Shown: positions 36,467 to 49,112, counted from the first letter of the whole stretch. The stretch is 63,970 bases of DNA, filler included, from Squatina squatina (GCA_031763465.1; 4 parts of 4 records of this genome joined end to end with filler, not necessarily neighbours in it); one strand, 5' to 3'. The notes: generated by a model from the letters alone, not told the origin. Program-made: numbers and translations.

Positions 36467-36562
36467 GCTCTAGTGGTGCAATCGGTTAGCGCACGGTACT
36501 TATATGACAGTGTTAGTGCTTGGGAAATGCCGAGGTTGTGAGTTCGAGCCTCACCTAGAGCA
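36467..36562 (+). tRNA. tRNA-Ile(TAT), intron-containing (intron 36505-36526), apparently intact
   Basis: Acceptor GCTCTAG/CTAGAGC fully paired; D stem GTGC/GCGC; anticodon stem CGGTA/TGCCG with TAT at 36501-36503; T arm GTGAG-TTCGAGC-CTCAC; TTTT terminator at 36571-36574. Confidence 0.92.
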
Positions 36563-37249
36563 GCTGATGCTTTTGTTGGATTCGAAGGTACAATTGGCGT
36601 GACCCCAAAATTTGTTAACTTATCAGCTGTTCAACGTTAGCACTCAGGTTGCTCTGCACACAATTTTGTAATAGCGGATGAGAGTTTTATTTATGTATAG
36701 GCAGGAGTGGAGGCATTTCCACACTTAAAGCCATAACTGTGCTGTAAAGAATAATGTGTCCAAGGATGAGCCAAGCCACTCTCGTGGAGTTAATGCAATT
36801 TTTCCATATAGTTTGTTTACTTGCTATTTCAAGTGAAATACGATATCTGCAGGAACAAGTCGGTGCCCAAGTAGCATAAAACATAAGGTGTTTATTATTG
36901 ATGTGCATCGCAATATGATCAGAAAATTGCAATTTCGAGTCTTGTTGCGATCGGTTTGCACATTGAGTTCCAACGTAGATTGGAACTGTTTACCGCCCGA
37001 CCATTTCTAACAAACCCTGAACTCATATCACGGAAAATCCGAAATTCCTTTTGCTCACGGAAGCTGACTGGACATTGTTAACACTGTGGATCTGGGTGCA
37101 TGGGCAGAACTTGCGGTAAAGAGACTTTCGTGCACATTCTTTCTTTCTGCATCTCATCTTTCTTATCTCCAACATTTCACTCTAGCAGAGCGAACTGAAA
37201 GGCGGAGGAAGAAAGTTCCATCTCCGATTTGAAATTTCTGTTCCACGTT

Positions 37250-37440
37250 CATTGATTCCCGGGATGGCAGGTCTGACATATGAAGAAAGAATGGATCGAC
37301 TGGGCTGATATGCACTGGAATTTAGAAGAATGAGAGGGGATCTTAGAGAAACATATAAAATTATTAATGGATTGGACAGGCTAGATGCAGGAAGAATGTT
37401 CCCGATGTTGGGGAAGTCCAGAACCAGGGGTCACAGTTTG
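37250..37440 (+). mobile_element. CR1 ORF2 3' fragment
   Basis: IPGMAGLTYEERMDRLG...EFRRMRGDL. Confidence 0.85.
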
Positions 37441-37540
37441 NNNNNNNNNNNNNNNNNNNNNNNNNNNNNNNNNNNNNNNNNNNNTTAATTAATTAANNNN
37501 NNNNNNNNNNNNNNNNNNNNNNNNNNNNNNNNNNNNNNNN
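37441..37540. other. Artificial scaffold-joining spacer
   Basis: 44 N + TTAATTAATTAA + 44 N. Confidence 0.95.
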
Positions 37541-38232
37541 CAACGAGACCTGGGTGTCCTCGTATATCAGTTGATGAAAGTAAGCATGCAGGTGCAGCAG
37601 GCAGTTAAGAAGGCAAATGGTATGTTGTCCTTCCTAGCGAGAGGATTCGACTGCAGAGCAAGGATGTATTGCTTCAACTACAGGCCTTGGTGCGACCAAA
37701 CCTTGAGCATTGTGTGCATTTTTGGTCTCCTTATCTGAGGAAGGATGTTCTTGCGATGGAGGGAGTGCAGCGAAGTATCAGCAGACAGATTCCTGGGATG
37801 GCATGACTGATGTATGAAGAGAGATTTAGTCAATTCGGCTTGTATTCGCTGGAGGCCAGAAGAATGAGAGGGGGTCTCATTGAAAATTGTTAAATTCTAA
37901 GAGGACTGGGCAGACTAGATAAAGGAAGAATATTCCTGATGGCGGGTGAGTCGAGAACCAGGGCTCAGAGTCTAAGGATAAGGAGTGGGCCATTTAGGAC
38001 TGAGATGAAGAGAAATTTCTTCACACAGAGAGTGGTGAATCTGTGGAAATCATTAATGATATTCAAGAGGGAATTAGACATAGTTCTTAGCACTAAAGGG
38101 ATCGAGGAATATGGAGAGAAAGCGGGAACCAGGTACTGAATTTGGTGAGCAGCCACGATTGTATTGAAGGATGGAGCAGTCTAGAGGGGCCGAATGTACT
38201 AATCCTGCTCCTTTTTTCTATGTTTCTATGTT
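37541..38232 (+). mobile_element. CR1 LINE 3' fragment with tail
   Basis: RDLGVLV, FRTEMKRNFFTQRVVNLW, tail TTCTATGTTTCTATG. Confidence 0.9.
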
Positions 38233-38629
38233 CCTGTGTTTCAGACATTGAACTCGTAATTCGTTATCCTGACAGAGCCCCAGTTATGTTGGGTTTATGG
38301 TATAGTCAATTATACTGATGCTTAGCACAAGTTTCTGGACTGAGATGCCTGATTCTTAGAGTCTGTTTATTAAATAAATGGTACAACTGACTGAAATGCA
38401 GTGTTCATGAGAGCGGGACGAAAGATTATTCACGTGAAACAGCCTCATCTGGTGCTGTAAGCGTGTGGGCTTGACTGCTCGTGCCAGTCTAAGTTGTGAA
38501 AGGCAAATCGTGATTGTCGGATGTGTTTGAGCTTTTCGTTGTATATATGGACTCTCAGAAAACAATTGATGAAGTATCACATGGATTAGCTTCCAAACGT
38601 GAAGCCGTTTGTATGAAAGGGGTAGTGTC

Positions 38630-39005
38630 TACATAGAAACATATAAGATAGTGAAGGGTACTGACAGAGCAGTTGCTGAGAGATTGTTCCCCATGGCTGG
38701 AGTGTTTTACAACTAGTGGGCATAGTCTCAGAGTAAGGGCCCTGCTATTTAAAACTGTGAAGAGGAGCAATTTGTTCAATCAACAGCTTGTGAATATTTT
38801 GAATTCTCTACCACATAGGATTGTGGACAGTCAGACGTTGAGCATGTTCTTGTCCAATCAAGGTACATTTCTGGAGTTTAGGGGAATCAAGGAATTTGAG
38901 AATCGGACGGGACAGAGGAGTTGAGGTCGAGAAATAATCGTGAACTTCCTGAAATGCAGAACAGGCTCGAAGGTCTGTATGGTCTGCTCCTGCTCCTAAT
39001 TTTTT
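38630..39005 (+). mobile_element. Older CR1 3' fragment
   Basis: TTSGHSLRVR...NSLP and a GGTCTGCTCCTGCTCCTA 3' UTR motif. Confidence 0.7.
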
Positions 39006-40197
39006 CTACAGAATTGGCTGAGAGACAGAAAGCAGAATGTAATCTTAAACAAATGTTTTTCAGGATTTGTATGCGGCGTGGTGAGTATAATGTGGAGCCC
39101 ACCCCCCGAAACCACCCAGGCGGCGATGTCGGGACCACTGGTCGCTCTGATGTATATAGTCATGCCCTGGACTGGAGTACGCAGGGCAAAATATCAAAAG
39201 ATTGCAAATGTCACAATTTTTCGAATGTAGTAAAAAGTGAAAGTTGCAAACTTCAGAACAGAGGCAGACCGCTGAAATGGGCCGAGACATGGGCGATGGA
39301 ATGTAATCCAGAGAATTCTGGAGGCGTGTATTTGAAGGTAATAAAGAGGAGAGGCAACATAAGCTAAATATTACATTTTGAAAGGGCTGTAGGTAAACAG
39401 AAAGCTGCTACTTCACGGATAGGAAAAGCTCTGGGTGATTTAATAGAGTAATGCAAAAGTATGAATGTCTTTGCTCGAATAGATCGAGGGAAACTGTTGC
39501 AACTGGGAGGAGAGTCCGTCAAGAGACGACACAGAATGAAGATATGTGACATGAAATCTAGTGGGGAAATGAGGAGATAATTTAACACCGTGATTTTTTA
39601 CGTGCAACACCAAACTGAAAGCGTGGAAGAAGCCGATCCAGTACTAACTGTCGAAAAGCAATTAGAAAAATACTTGGAATTCGTTAAATACTTGGATGGG
39701 AGAAATTTGCAGAGCTTTGTGGAAAGAGCTTCTTAGTGGGACAAGTTGGATAGCTGGAGTTGGCAAGTGCACGATGGGCTAAATTACTGCTCCTGTGCTG
39801 TGTGATTATACGAGTGGACTCAGTGCATCTAAAACACTATCATCTCACCTGCTCACACTATCCAGCTCGATTCCCTTGGAAGCAATCTGGTGTGTTGCAC
39901 ATTTTATCAGGTAAATTAAGCCCCTATGTGGGATTGGATTATTCCAAATGTGCTAATTATCGCTGTTTAATATGTGAGTGCGTTAACCATCGATATTAAC
40001 ATGTCAAGCAAAGTTTCCTTAAAATGCTTCAGGTGCAATGCTGTCTATGTTGAGTTAATTGGTCTTTCTGCATGAGATACCCTGCATAGCCATCTCTTTC
40101 TTATCTGCTTTCGGTACATCTTACTAATCACGCTTTTCAGGTTATTGAGAATATGCAATAGAATTCAATTCTGCTACTGGAAATTCTTCAGTCATTA

Positions 40198-41093
40198 TTA
40201 ATGTTTAATGCCTTTGACAATTAAAACTAATGGACATTTCACCAAATTCTTCAATTGTTCTCTGAACTTAGTCTGTGTCACGACATAGATACAAGTGTTT
40301 GTGCAGCAATTCAACAGCTGGAGCATGAAACCTATTTCTTGTACATAAGTTGGTAGAAATATAGCGTAATATCTTAAAAGAAACATCCGGTTCCATATAG
40401 AATATAACATAAGCACCGCCCATAACAAAATGAAATTCCACGAGATAACAAGCAGTAAAATGATGGAATTTCTTCGTCTCTTAATCTCTGCATCACTGGT
40501 AAACTCCTCACGGCTGTGACACTGAAGTCTCCTGCGACCTCTGCTGGCCAACAAAATATGTCTGATGGTTAAAGCATTGAGCAGAAGAATCAGAACAAAT
40601 GGGATGCATGGTGTTAGAATAAAATGAAGAAATTCGATTGTTCCCCAGAAATATGAAACCATTACACGAACACTCACATAACAGAACCAGGGTGTATTGC
40701 TCAAACTGTACTGAGGGACATACATGAAGAACCAGAAAATGTTCTTTAAACAGCTCAGCACTGTCACTGATCCGATAATCACAGTCGCAGTTTTCTCAGT
40801 GCAAAATTTAGCTTTCAAATTCTGACAACAAATTGCCACAAATCTATCAAAGGTAAAAGTGACAGTGAACCAGACAGAACAGTCTGTGGCTGCATGAAGC
40901 AGGACACCATGGATATTACACACGGGGATGGACCGCACAAATGTTATATAACGAGCAATTGGAATCTGCCTCAATATTATGTCAGTGATAACGACCAGTA
41001 GATCTGCCGCTGCCATGGCCACCAAGTAACGTGTGACACATTTGCAAAGACAGCAATTTCCCCGGGACAGGATCACAATCGTCACTATGGTAA
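40198..41093 (-). CDS. GPR139/GPR142-like class A GPCR, exon 2 (end of TM1 to C-terminus)
   Basis: Acceptor ttccctccgccacAG (41095-41094), phase 1. IVILSRG..C.RYLVAMAAADLLVV, DCSVWFTV.FTFDRFVAICC, L.PCIPF.LILLLNALT, LQLLNCCTNTCIY..TQTKFR are the family signature. Stop at 40198-40200. Confidence 0.9.
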
Positions 41094-41187
41094 CTGTGGC
41101 GGAGGGAAATAGAAAGACAAATTAACACTGTAGGCTGAGAGTGAAATCAGCGGAATGAAGGAGTTGGGGACAAATTTCAACACTTGT

Positions 41188-41935
41188 ACATAGAAACATA
41201 GAGACAGAGAAAATAGTTGCAGATTTAGGCCATTCGGCCGTTCGAGACAGCACTGCCATTCAATATGACCATGGCTGATCATGCAACTCAGTATCCCGTA
41301 CCTGCTTTCCCTCCATACGCCCTGATCCCTTTAGCCGTTAGGGCCACATCTAACTCCATTTTGAATATAGCTAAAGAACTGGCCTCAACAGCTTCCTGTG
41401 GTAGAGAGTTCCACAGGTTCACCACTCTCTGGGTGAAAAGGTTTTTCCTCATCTCTGTCCTAAATGGTTTCACCCTTATCCTCAAACTGTGATCCCTGGT
41501 TCTTCACCTCCCCAACATCGGGAACAATCTTCCTGCACCTAGCCTGTCCAACCCCTTAAGAATTTTACACATTTCCATAAGATCCACTCTCATTCTTCTA
41601 AATTCCAGTGAATATAAGCCGAGACGATCCATTATTTCTTCATATGTCAGTCCTGCCTCCCGGAGAATCAATCTGGTGAACTTTCGCTGCACACCCTCAA
41701 TAGCAAGAATGACCTTCCTCAGATTAGGATACCAAAACTGCACACAATACTCCAGATGTGGTCTCAGCAAGGCCCTGTACAACTGCAGTAGGACCTCCCT
41801 GCTGCTATACTCAAATCCTCACGCTATGCGGCCAACATGCCATTGCTTTCTTCACTGCCTGCTGTACTTGCATGCCTACTTTCAACAACTGATGTGGAGT
41901 GACAACCAAGTCACGTCGAACCTCGCCTTTTCCTA
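41188..41935 (-). mobile_element. CR1 LINE 3' fragment inserted in the GPCR intron
   Basis: YRALLRPHLEYCVQFW, FRTEMRKNLFTQRVVNLWNSLP, CATAGAAA tail. Confidence 0.92.
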
Positions 41936-42359
41936 ACATGTTACAATAATGGCATTCCATAACGCTCATGAGAAAGTGCTTTTTGATGGAGACAAAAATT
42001 GCAATGAAAACTGTACAAGTTACTAAGCAGCAATGAACTTAATTTGAACTCGGGCATAGGTGTAAATAATACAGGAGCATTGAATAATCTCAAATAATCA
42101 TCATAGAATCAATAGTGATGTGTGATTACTGCACATCTCCAGCTTTGTTGAATCATTGTCAGGGGCTGCCTGGATTCCTGACCTTCTGGGGTTTTCCATC
42201 CCCAATCTGCACTCAATCACGAATTAGTATTGGATAAATGGAGAGTGCCTCAAATTTCTGCAGTATTCCTGTGGATTTAAGCCAAACAGCCGCTACACTA
42301 CAGCATGTTATTGGGAGATTCACGGACGGCAAAAAAAGGGCTGTGTCCCGGAAAAAATA

Positions 42360-43390
42360 TTCATTGGCCATGGAGGGTGAGAGTGATACATTGTCGGAGG
42401 AGAGTGAGTCATTGACCGGGCAGAGCGGACCTGTTATCATGGGGAACAGAGTGAGACATTAACGTGGAGAGTGACTCAGTGACCGCGGAGAATGAGCAAG
42501 TGGCCGGGAGAATGAATCACTGACTCGGGAGAGTGAGTCAGTGAGCGCGTGAGTGAGTCAGTGTTTGAGCGGAGTGAATCATTGATCAGAGGAGTGAGTC
42601 ACTGATCGAAGAGACTGAGTCATTGACAGTGAGAGTGAGTTTTTGACAGCAGAGAGTGAGTCATTGGCGGGGAGAGTGAGTCAGTGAATTACCAGTGTGA
42701 ATCGGTGAACATTAGAGCAAATCAGTGACGGCAGAGAGTGAGTCAGGGATCGAGGAGAGTGAGTCATTGAAGGGGAGATTGAATCAGTGAAATTGGAGAG
42801 TGAGTCAGTGACCGTAGAAAGAGAGTCTGTGATCGAGGAGAGTGAGTCATTGGCGGGAAGAGTGAAGCAGTGAACGGGGAGAGTGAGTCAGTGACGGTGG
42901 AGAGTTAGTCAGTGACCAGGGAATGGGAATCATTGATGGGGAGAATGACTCAGTGAGAGGGGAGAATTACTCAGTGACTGGGAGAGTGAGTCAGTGACCG
43001 GGAAGGTTGAGTCAGTGACCGGGAGAGTGCTTCAGTGACAGGGAAGGTTGAGTCAGTGACCGGGAGAGTGAGTCAGTGACTGGGAGAGTGAGTCAGTGAC
43101 CGGGAGAGTGAGTCAGTGACTGGGAGAGTGAGTCAGTGACCGGGAGAATGACTCAGTGAGAGGGGAGAATTACTCAGTGACAGGGGAGGGTGAATCAGTG
43201 ACCGGGGAAAGTGAGTCAATGATCGAGCAGAGTGAGTCCGCCACAGTGGAAATTGAGTCCTTGGTGGGGAGAGTGCTTCAGTGACAGGGAAGGTTGAGTC
43301 AGTGACTGGGAGAGTGAGTCAGTGACCGGGAAGGTTGAGTCAGTGACCGGGAGAGTGAGTCACTGACTGGGAGAGTGAGTCAGTGACCCA
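42360..43390. repeat. 20/21-bp minisatellite (GGGAGAGTGAGTCAGTGACC), about 48-50 units, in the GPCR intron
   Basis: Near-perfect units at 43060-43140, more diverged to the left; the unit contains TGAGTCA and the interrupted palindrome GTCA-G-TGAC. Confidence 0.95.
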
Positions 43391-44953
43391 TGCGATGGAA
43401 TCTGGAAGAGCATTAATTAAAATAAAATACAAGTCAAGGGTGCAGATGTTAGGGTGAAGTTCGTCAAACTGTTCTGTGATTCCCATCTTGCTGAATGAAA
43501 GGTATTAAAGAAGTCATAACACAGGACAATTCTTCAACTTTGGCTGAAATACAAACTGCTCATCCACTGCAAGAAACACATTATTGGGAACTGTATTAAA
43601 CGACTTTCCAGTCAACGAATCTCCAATTAGTCTGAATTAATCTCGATTTTAAATGTTCTAAAAAACCTGCCAAGTTTTGAGTAGGGCCCACACCTAAACT
43701 GCTGAATTATCCTTCTCTCCACTGAATCTCGGTGTATTAATCACTATCTAGGTTGTTATTAATGGACAAATTCGAACCAGTCTGCATTTAAACATCGCAA
43801 ATTAATGCAGAGGGAATCGTTCGTGGTGAACAGCCAGTGGATAATTCAAATCGCACATTTACAACATCGCCCAAAGTTCAAACTCTCCACAGCTGTGTGA
43901 TTGGTGACTTTTCTAATATGGCATACATTAATTTAACCACTTTGGGGTTTGTTACAACATCTGCATCCAACTAGATCAGTGCTGACCAGGATTTCTGCAT
44001 CGGTCGGTGAGATTTAATAAACTACCGTAACTGAACTCGATCAGCATTAACCTGGAGTTCTGTATCTGTCGGTGAGATTTAGTTAAGTATCTAATTCCAA
44101 CTAGATCAGAGCAATCTCTGGATTCTGCAGCATTGGCGGAGATTAGATGGAACTCCAATTGATATGGTGCATTAGTGTCAATAATTGACCTCACCATTCA
44201 TTGTTGTCCAGTGACAATCAATAAGAATCAGTTACACAGAAATAGAACAGGAGTGGGGACAGTCAGATGAGGGCTCACTGAGAGAGTCTCCTCAGCTGTG
44301 GTTGACGAACATGATGTGGGGAGATTATTTCTTCAAAGATGCGATGGGATATCATGCCATTGCTCTACAACAGTCGACGCATTTAACAAAATCAGTAATG
44401 AATGTGCAATTCCATCCGAAACACCAACAGTACTGATTCTTACAGGGAAGGGAATTGCATAATGCCAGAGAGCTGCCTGCAGCTGGTAGGGATGGACATT
44501 GTCGCATATTAATGCTATGTTTGTGAATTTATGTTCGGATTGGTTTCCCAAAATTGTTAAATTTTCTGCTCCCGATGCAGAGTAATGGATCTGGCAAAGG
44601 CATGGACACGTCTGTCCGATCGGATACAGGTGCTCGGTGAAGACTCAGACTGTAACCGTCTTTGCAACAGAATCATCCTTTAACATTGCTTATGTTGGAA
44701 GCGAACTGAAGATTCAGATCTCTATCGCATGGAGATAACAGCGAAAGGTGAGAATTCCTTCACGCTGCACTCACACCATTGAACAGAAGAATGTGACGCA
44801 ATCACAGAGTCGAATTACGGAAAATTAGCAGTCCCACAGCCAGATTGAGGCGCTGGGTTGAATTAGTGTCTGGATATTGTGACCTGAATGAGAAATTACA
44901 GTCAACTAGTTAAACAAGATCTACTACATAAATTTCTGGATATAGTGACTTAC

Positions 44954-45038
44954 GTGGGACACCGGCAGCAGACAAAATGGGGTAGTAGATCTTCTCTATT
45001 CCATAAAGAACCGCAAGTATCTCAAACTCAAGAGCCAT
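44954..45038 (-). CDS. GPR139/GPR142-like GPCR, exon 1 (not in ORF track)
   Basis: MALEFEILAVLYGIEKIYYPILSAAGVP then C|GTAAGT (phase 1). IYYP.L...GVP is the family TM1 start. 85 + 896 nt = 327 codons including the stop. Confidence 0.88.
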
Positions 45039-47939
45039 TTTTATCCACTCCGTAAAGTTACTGATTCTATTAGTGCCGGAGCTGATGTCCTGTCTGTCAC
45101 TGTGTTACAACACATTGAAATGATTCCCTTATTAATAGAAGAGGCAAACTCTCCAGTGGCATAATTAGGCCCCATGCAGAGTGACATTAATTACAATCAC
45201 TGAGAAAAATGCAATTGACCCATGGAGACCGACATTAATTATAGTCACTGAACAAACACATTCAGTTAACCCCTTTCAAACCAACACTAATTACACAACT
45301 AAGTGTACTTGAGGATAAGTAGCAATCATGTACAGAGCAACTGCCCACACACCCATAAAGTAAGTCAATACGTATGGGGAAGGTTAAACAATGTCGAACC
45401 AAGAGTCTGAGCACGCTGATTGACACCTTGATTTTTCTAGCTTGCCATCTCCGTAGCTTCTCTCCTCTCATTTTTTCAGTCACATAACAGGCCATCTGTA
45501 AGAACTTCATGACACCCTCAACATCCACTTCCCCAACTGCAATCCAACCGCACTTCTTCATACAAACAAGCACATTAATAATCTCTCCACAAGTCACTTA
45601 CAATAATTTAGACTAACCCGGTCAATTTCCTAACGTATATCTGCAGCTGTTGTTCTGCACAGCCACTCCCTCAACGACATATTTGATTTCGTGACCTCTG
45701 CCATCCTTACCCATTCTACCCTGTCCTCACCACCAGGTATGCGTTCCATTATAACTGTCATAGACCAAAGGATATGATTTCATCGGATCTGACCAATAAA
45801 TGGTTTCGCCATTCATCGTCAAGTCTAGCTCACCAGATCCGGCCCAATCATTTCCTGCTCCCCTCTACTAAAACAGTCCCATTTCCCGGAAGGAGAAAGT
45901 TAACACCAGGCTCCTTTTGAAAACTAACAATAATATCATTGAATATCTTTGCACTGTCCATTCCATGTATACATCCAAAACAACTCCCAGGAAATGATGG
46001 GCCTGTTTGTGAATGATACTGAAAATATTATCTCCTCATGAAATTCGCGAGCTCAGCGTGGCCAAGCGACAGACATTCTTCGATTTTGACCATGTTCCCA
46101 ACAAACTGTGCAAACCCAACTTCTCGTCTTGCTGCTCAACTGTCCGATTAAAACAACAGACTCATCATCATGTCATGTCAATCCGTGGTTGAAGAAAAGA
46201 CCCATCAGCACCACTTGGACTGCCCAATTAATTGTAATTCCCATCATCAACCCAACTATTGCCTGTTTAAATAAAACTCCCTCCACCGCCGCCCCCCCCA
46301 CCCACCCAACCCCGCAGGACTGTTGTCCTTTTCGGGTCTGTCAGTTCAATAGCTAAAAAAATTGACACCATATTCGTTATAGTTACATGGATTTTTCTGG
46401 CGTGAACAACTGTTTGTACATTAAATTTTTAAGTAGCAGTTTACAAAGAAACATTTATAATTCTGCCTGTCCTTTGGGACATTCTGCAAACTGCCTACTC
46501 GCATATATATGTTGAGCTGCGCATTTTCTCCACAGAGCAGGAACCAAAACCCATAAGATATTCCCTCAAAACCGGAACTGGATAAAAATCCATCCAACTG
46601 CAGCGACTGGCCTTGGGCCTGCAGACCTGTCTTTCAGCTTTCGCACCAGCTTTTTCTATTTTCCGTTCCTACAGATTGAAGATTTTAAAGACAATACATC
46701 TTGTAAATGAATCTAAAATTTAGGTTATTTCCCCTTACAATAAAAGAGAAGAAATAAAACTAAAATAATAAAAACTGTCGGCTAGCAAACTTATATTAAT
46801 CTGCAATCCAGCTAAGCTTCATATTGAAGTATTGTAAGAGGCAATTATAATTGATTATATTTCAACAACAATCAACAGTTCATAGTGGACATATCCACAT
46901 AGAAAGAAGAGAGACAAGAGATAACTAGGGAGACATCTATAATTTTCAAACTGTTCTTCCGTTCCTTCCAACAATAATAAAAAATGTGTCTGGGTAATAG
47001 TCATGCTTCACCTGCCAGGGTCAGCCTGAGTGTCCAAAAGCAGTGCACTGATAGCAAAACATTAATACAGGAATCATTGTTGATATCATAGTGGCACGTA
47101 CACCAATCCAGGTAGGGCAGTTGATAATCCAATGGCATACACTAAGATAGGTAGTAAAAATTCACAGGGAAAATCATGGGCTCATCGGGCAGATAAAGAG
47201 GCAGCTCGATTATGCCAGGCTCGAGAAACTTTGCAGATCAGTGTTCCCGCTTTAGCTAAGACAGCACCACAGGAGTTGGGTGTAATGTTCCTGCAGGATA
47301 CATTGAAACTTTACTAATGGGTAAATGATTGGCACTCCTCTGGCAAACCGCTGCTTCTACCCACTAGCTGGGCTAAGGATACTGAGGTGAATGGGGCAGA
47401 TCAGATCCTATTATTCCATAAATTGGCCGACTGCACTGTGTGTGTCACCTCACCACTTGCACATGAATCGTTTTACAGGCTTCATTCCCATCCTACAGGG
47501 GGAAATTAATCAGTCGACATAACTTACCAATACGTGAGGAAGTTTGCCTGGTGGCCTGACATTAACAGTTGTCAAAAATATTAAGGAGCATGGAAATATA
47601 ATCCTTATTTGACAGTAAATTGGGCGTTGCTCAGATGTACTCCGCCACCTCCCCAGCCGCCCACCCCTCCAACCCGAACCCTGAACGCTGAAGGACCCGG
47701 AATTAAGTCCAAATTGACTTTATTGGAGCCCTGCACAGGACCACTGCGGGTTAGCACTATTGCTTAATTAATATCCCAAAAGGATCGAGGTATTCCCATG
47801 CCAAACAAAGATGGCGCTCACTGCAGCACACTTGCCCCTGAGTGAGGTGATCAGCAGGTGGGGATTTTCAGTGCTGGTGGACATTGATCAAGTTTCACAT
47901 CAAAGAATGATGATGATCCTGATATGAAAAGTTTTGTTC

Positions 47940-48462
47940 CCTGTATTTAACGAAAGAAATTATTTCATTGCAGGTGGTTCAGAGAAGGTCTGCTAGGATT
48001 ATTCCAGGTATGGAGGGATTGTCCTATGAGGAAAGCTTAAACAGATTCGGCCTCTGCTCGTTGGAGTTTAGAAGAATGAGGGGCGATCTTATTGGAACAT
48101 ATATGATTCTTAGGAGTTTAGACAGGATAAATGCTGAGAGGGTGTTTCCTCTCATGGGTGAGTCTGGGATCAGAGGGCATATTCTCAGAATAAGGGGGCG
48201 CCCATTAAAGAATGAGATGAGGAAGAATTTCTGCTCTCAGTGGGTTGTGAGCCTTTGGAACTCCTTGCCACAGAAAAATGTGGGAGCTCAGTCTTTGTGC
48301 ATGTTTGAGGCTGATCAGCAGGGGAAGCAAAGCTTATGGGGGAAGGGTAGGGAAGTGGTGCTGTGTGGCAGTGTTAGCTGTGAGGAGGATGCTAGGAGGC
48401 TGCAGGGTGACTTGGATAGGTTAGGTGAGTGGGCAAATGCATGGCAGATGCAATATAATGTG
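47940..48462 (+). mobile_element. Juxtaposed CR1 ORF2 fragments
   Basis: VQRRSARIIPGM...RRMRGDLI...WNSLP followed by LQGDLDRLGEWANAWQMQYNV. Confidence 0.85.
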
Positions 48463-48831
48463 NNNNNNNNNNNNNNNNNNNNNNNNNNNNNNNNNNNNNN
48501 NNNNNNNNNNNNNNNNNNNNNNNNNNNNNNNNNNNNNNNNNNNNNNNNNNNNNNNNNNNNNNTGGCAATATGGTTTATTTGAAGGCAGATGGAAACAAAC
48601 TACAGCAAGCTGCCATGACAGTTGCTGAAGAAATTTGACTGGGAATCTCCTGAGCCACAGGCTCCTGTTTTCTTATCACAGAGAAGCCTCACAGTCAAAC
48701 CAGCTATCTCCACCATTTACCTCACTATCATTCTTCAAACTCACACTCATTATCTTGTTCCTCCACCTGCTGCTTGGCACAACATTGCCGCACGCCCACC
48801 AGGTCCCTGCATGACGGAAAAATGGCAGACA

Positions 48832-49112
48832 GCAACAACATCTTGCATTTATGTAGCCTCTTTAAGGTAGTACAATGTCCCAAGATATTTCACATGGACG
48901 TTATCAGACAAAATTTGATACCGAGCCACATAAAAAGATATTGGGGACAGGTGACCAAGGACTTGGTCAAAGAGATAGGTTTTAAGGAGCAACTTAAAGG
49001 AGGAAGGAGAGGTAGAGAAGAGGAAGGAGAGGCAGAGAGGCAGAGAGGTTTAGCGAGGGAATTCCAGAGCTTAGGGCAGCTGAAGTCACGGCCACCAATG
49101 GTGGGGTGCCTG
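48832..49112 (-). mobile_element. L2-type LINE 3' end
   Basis: PTIGGRDFSCPKLWNSL; reverse complement of the 15505-15912 family tail. Confidence 0.75.

Noticed and set aside
42360-43390. Possible CRISPR-like array (also considered for the other two tandem arrays)
   Set aside because: Units are head-to-tail with no unique spacers, no cas genes, and the context is vertebrate.
44333-44551. ORF with TVGVS as candidate GPCR exon 1
   Set aside because: No suitable phase 1 donor; the exon at 44954-45038 fits the family motif and phase exactly.
47132-47317. 61-aa ORF with an ADxxA motif resembling a retroviral RNase H end
   Set aside because: No other RNase H, RT or integrase motifs nearby.
47528-47830. 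YY1-like AAGATGGCG and a minus-strand GTAAGT donor as a non-coding first exon of the GPCR
   Set aside because: Short motifs only; no evidence links them to the gene.
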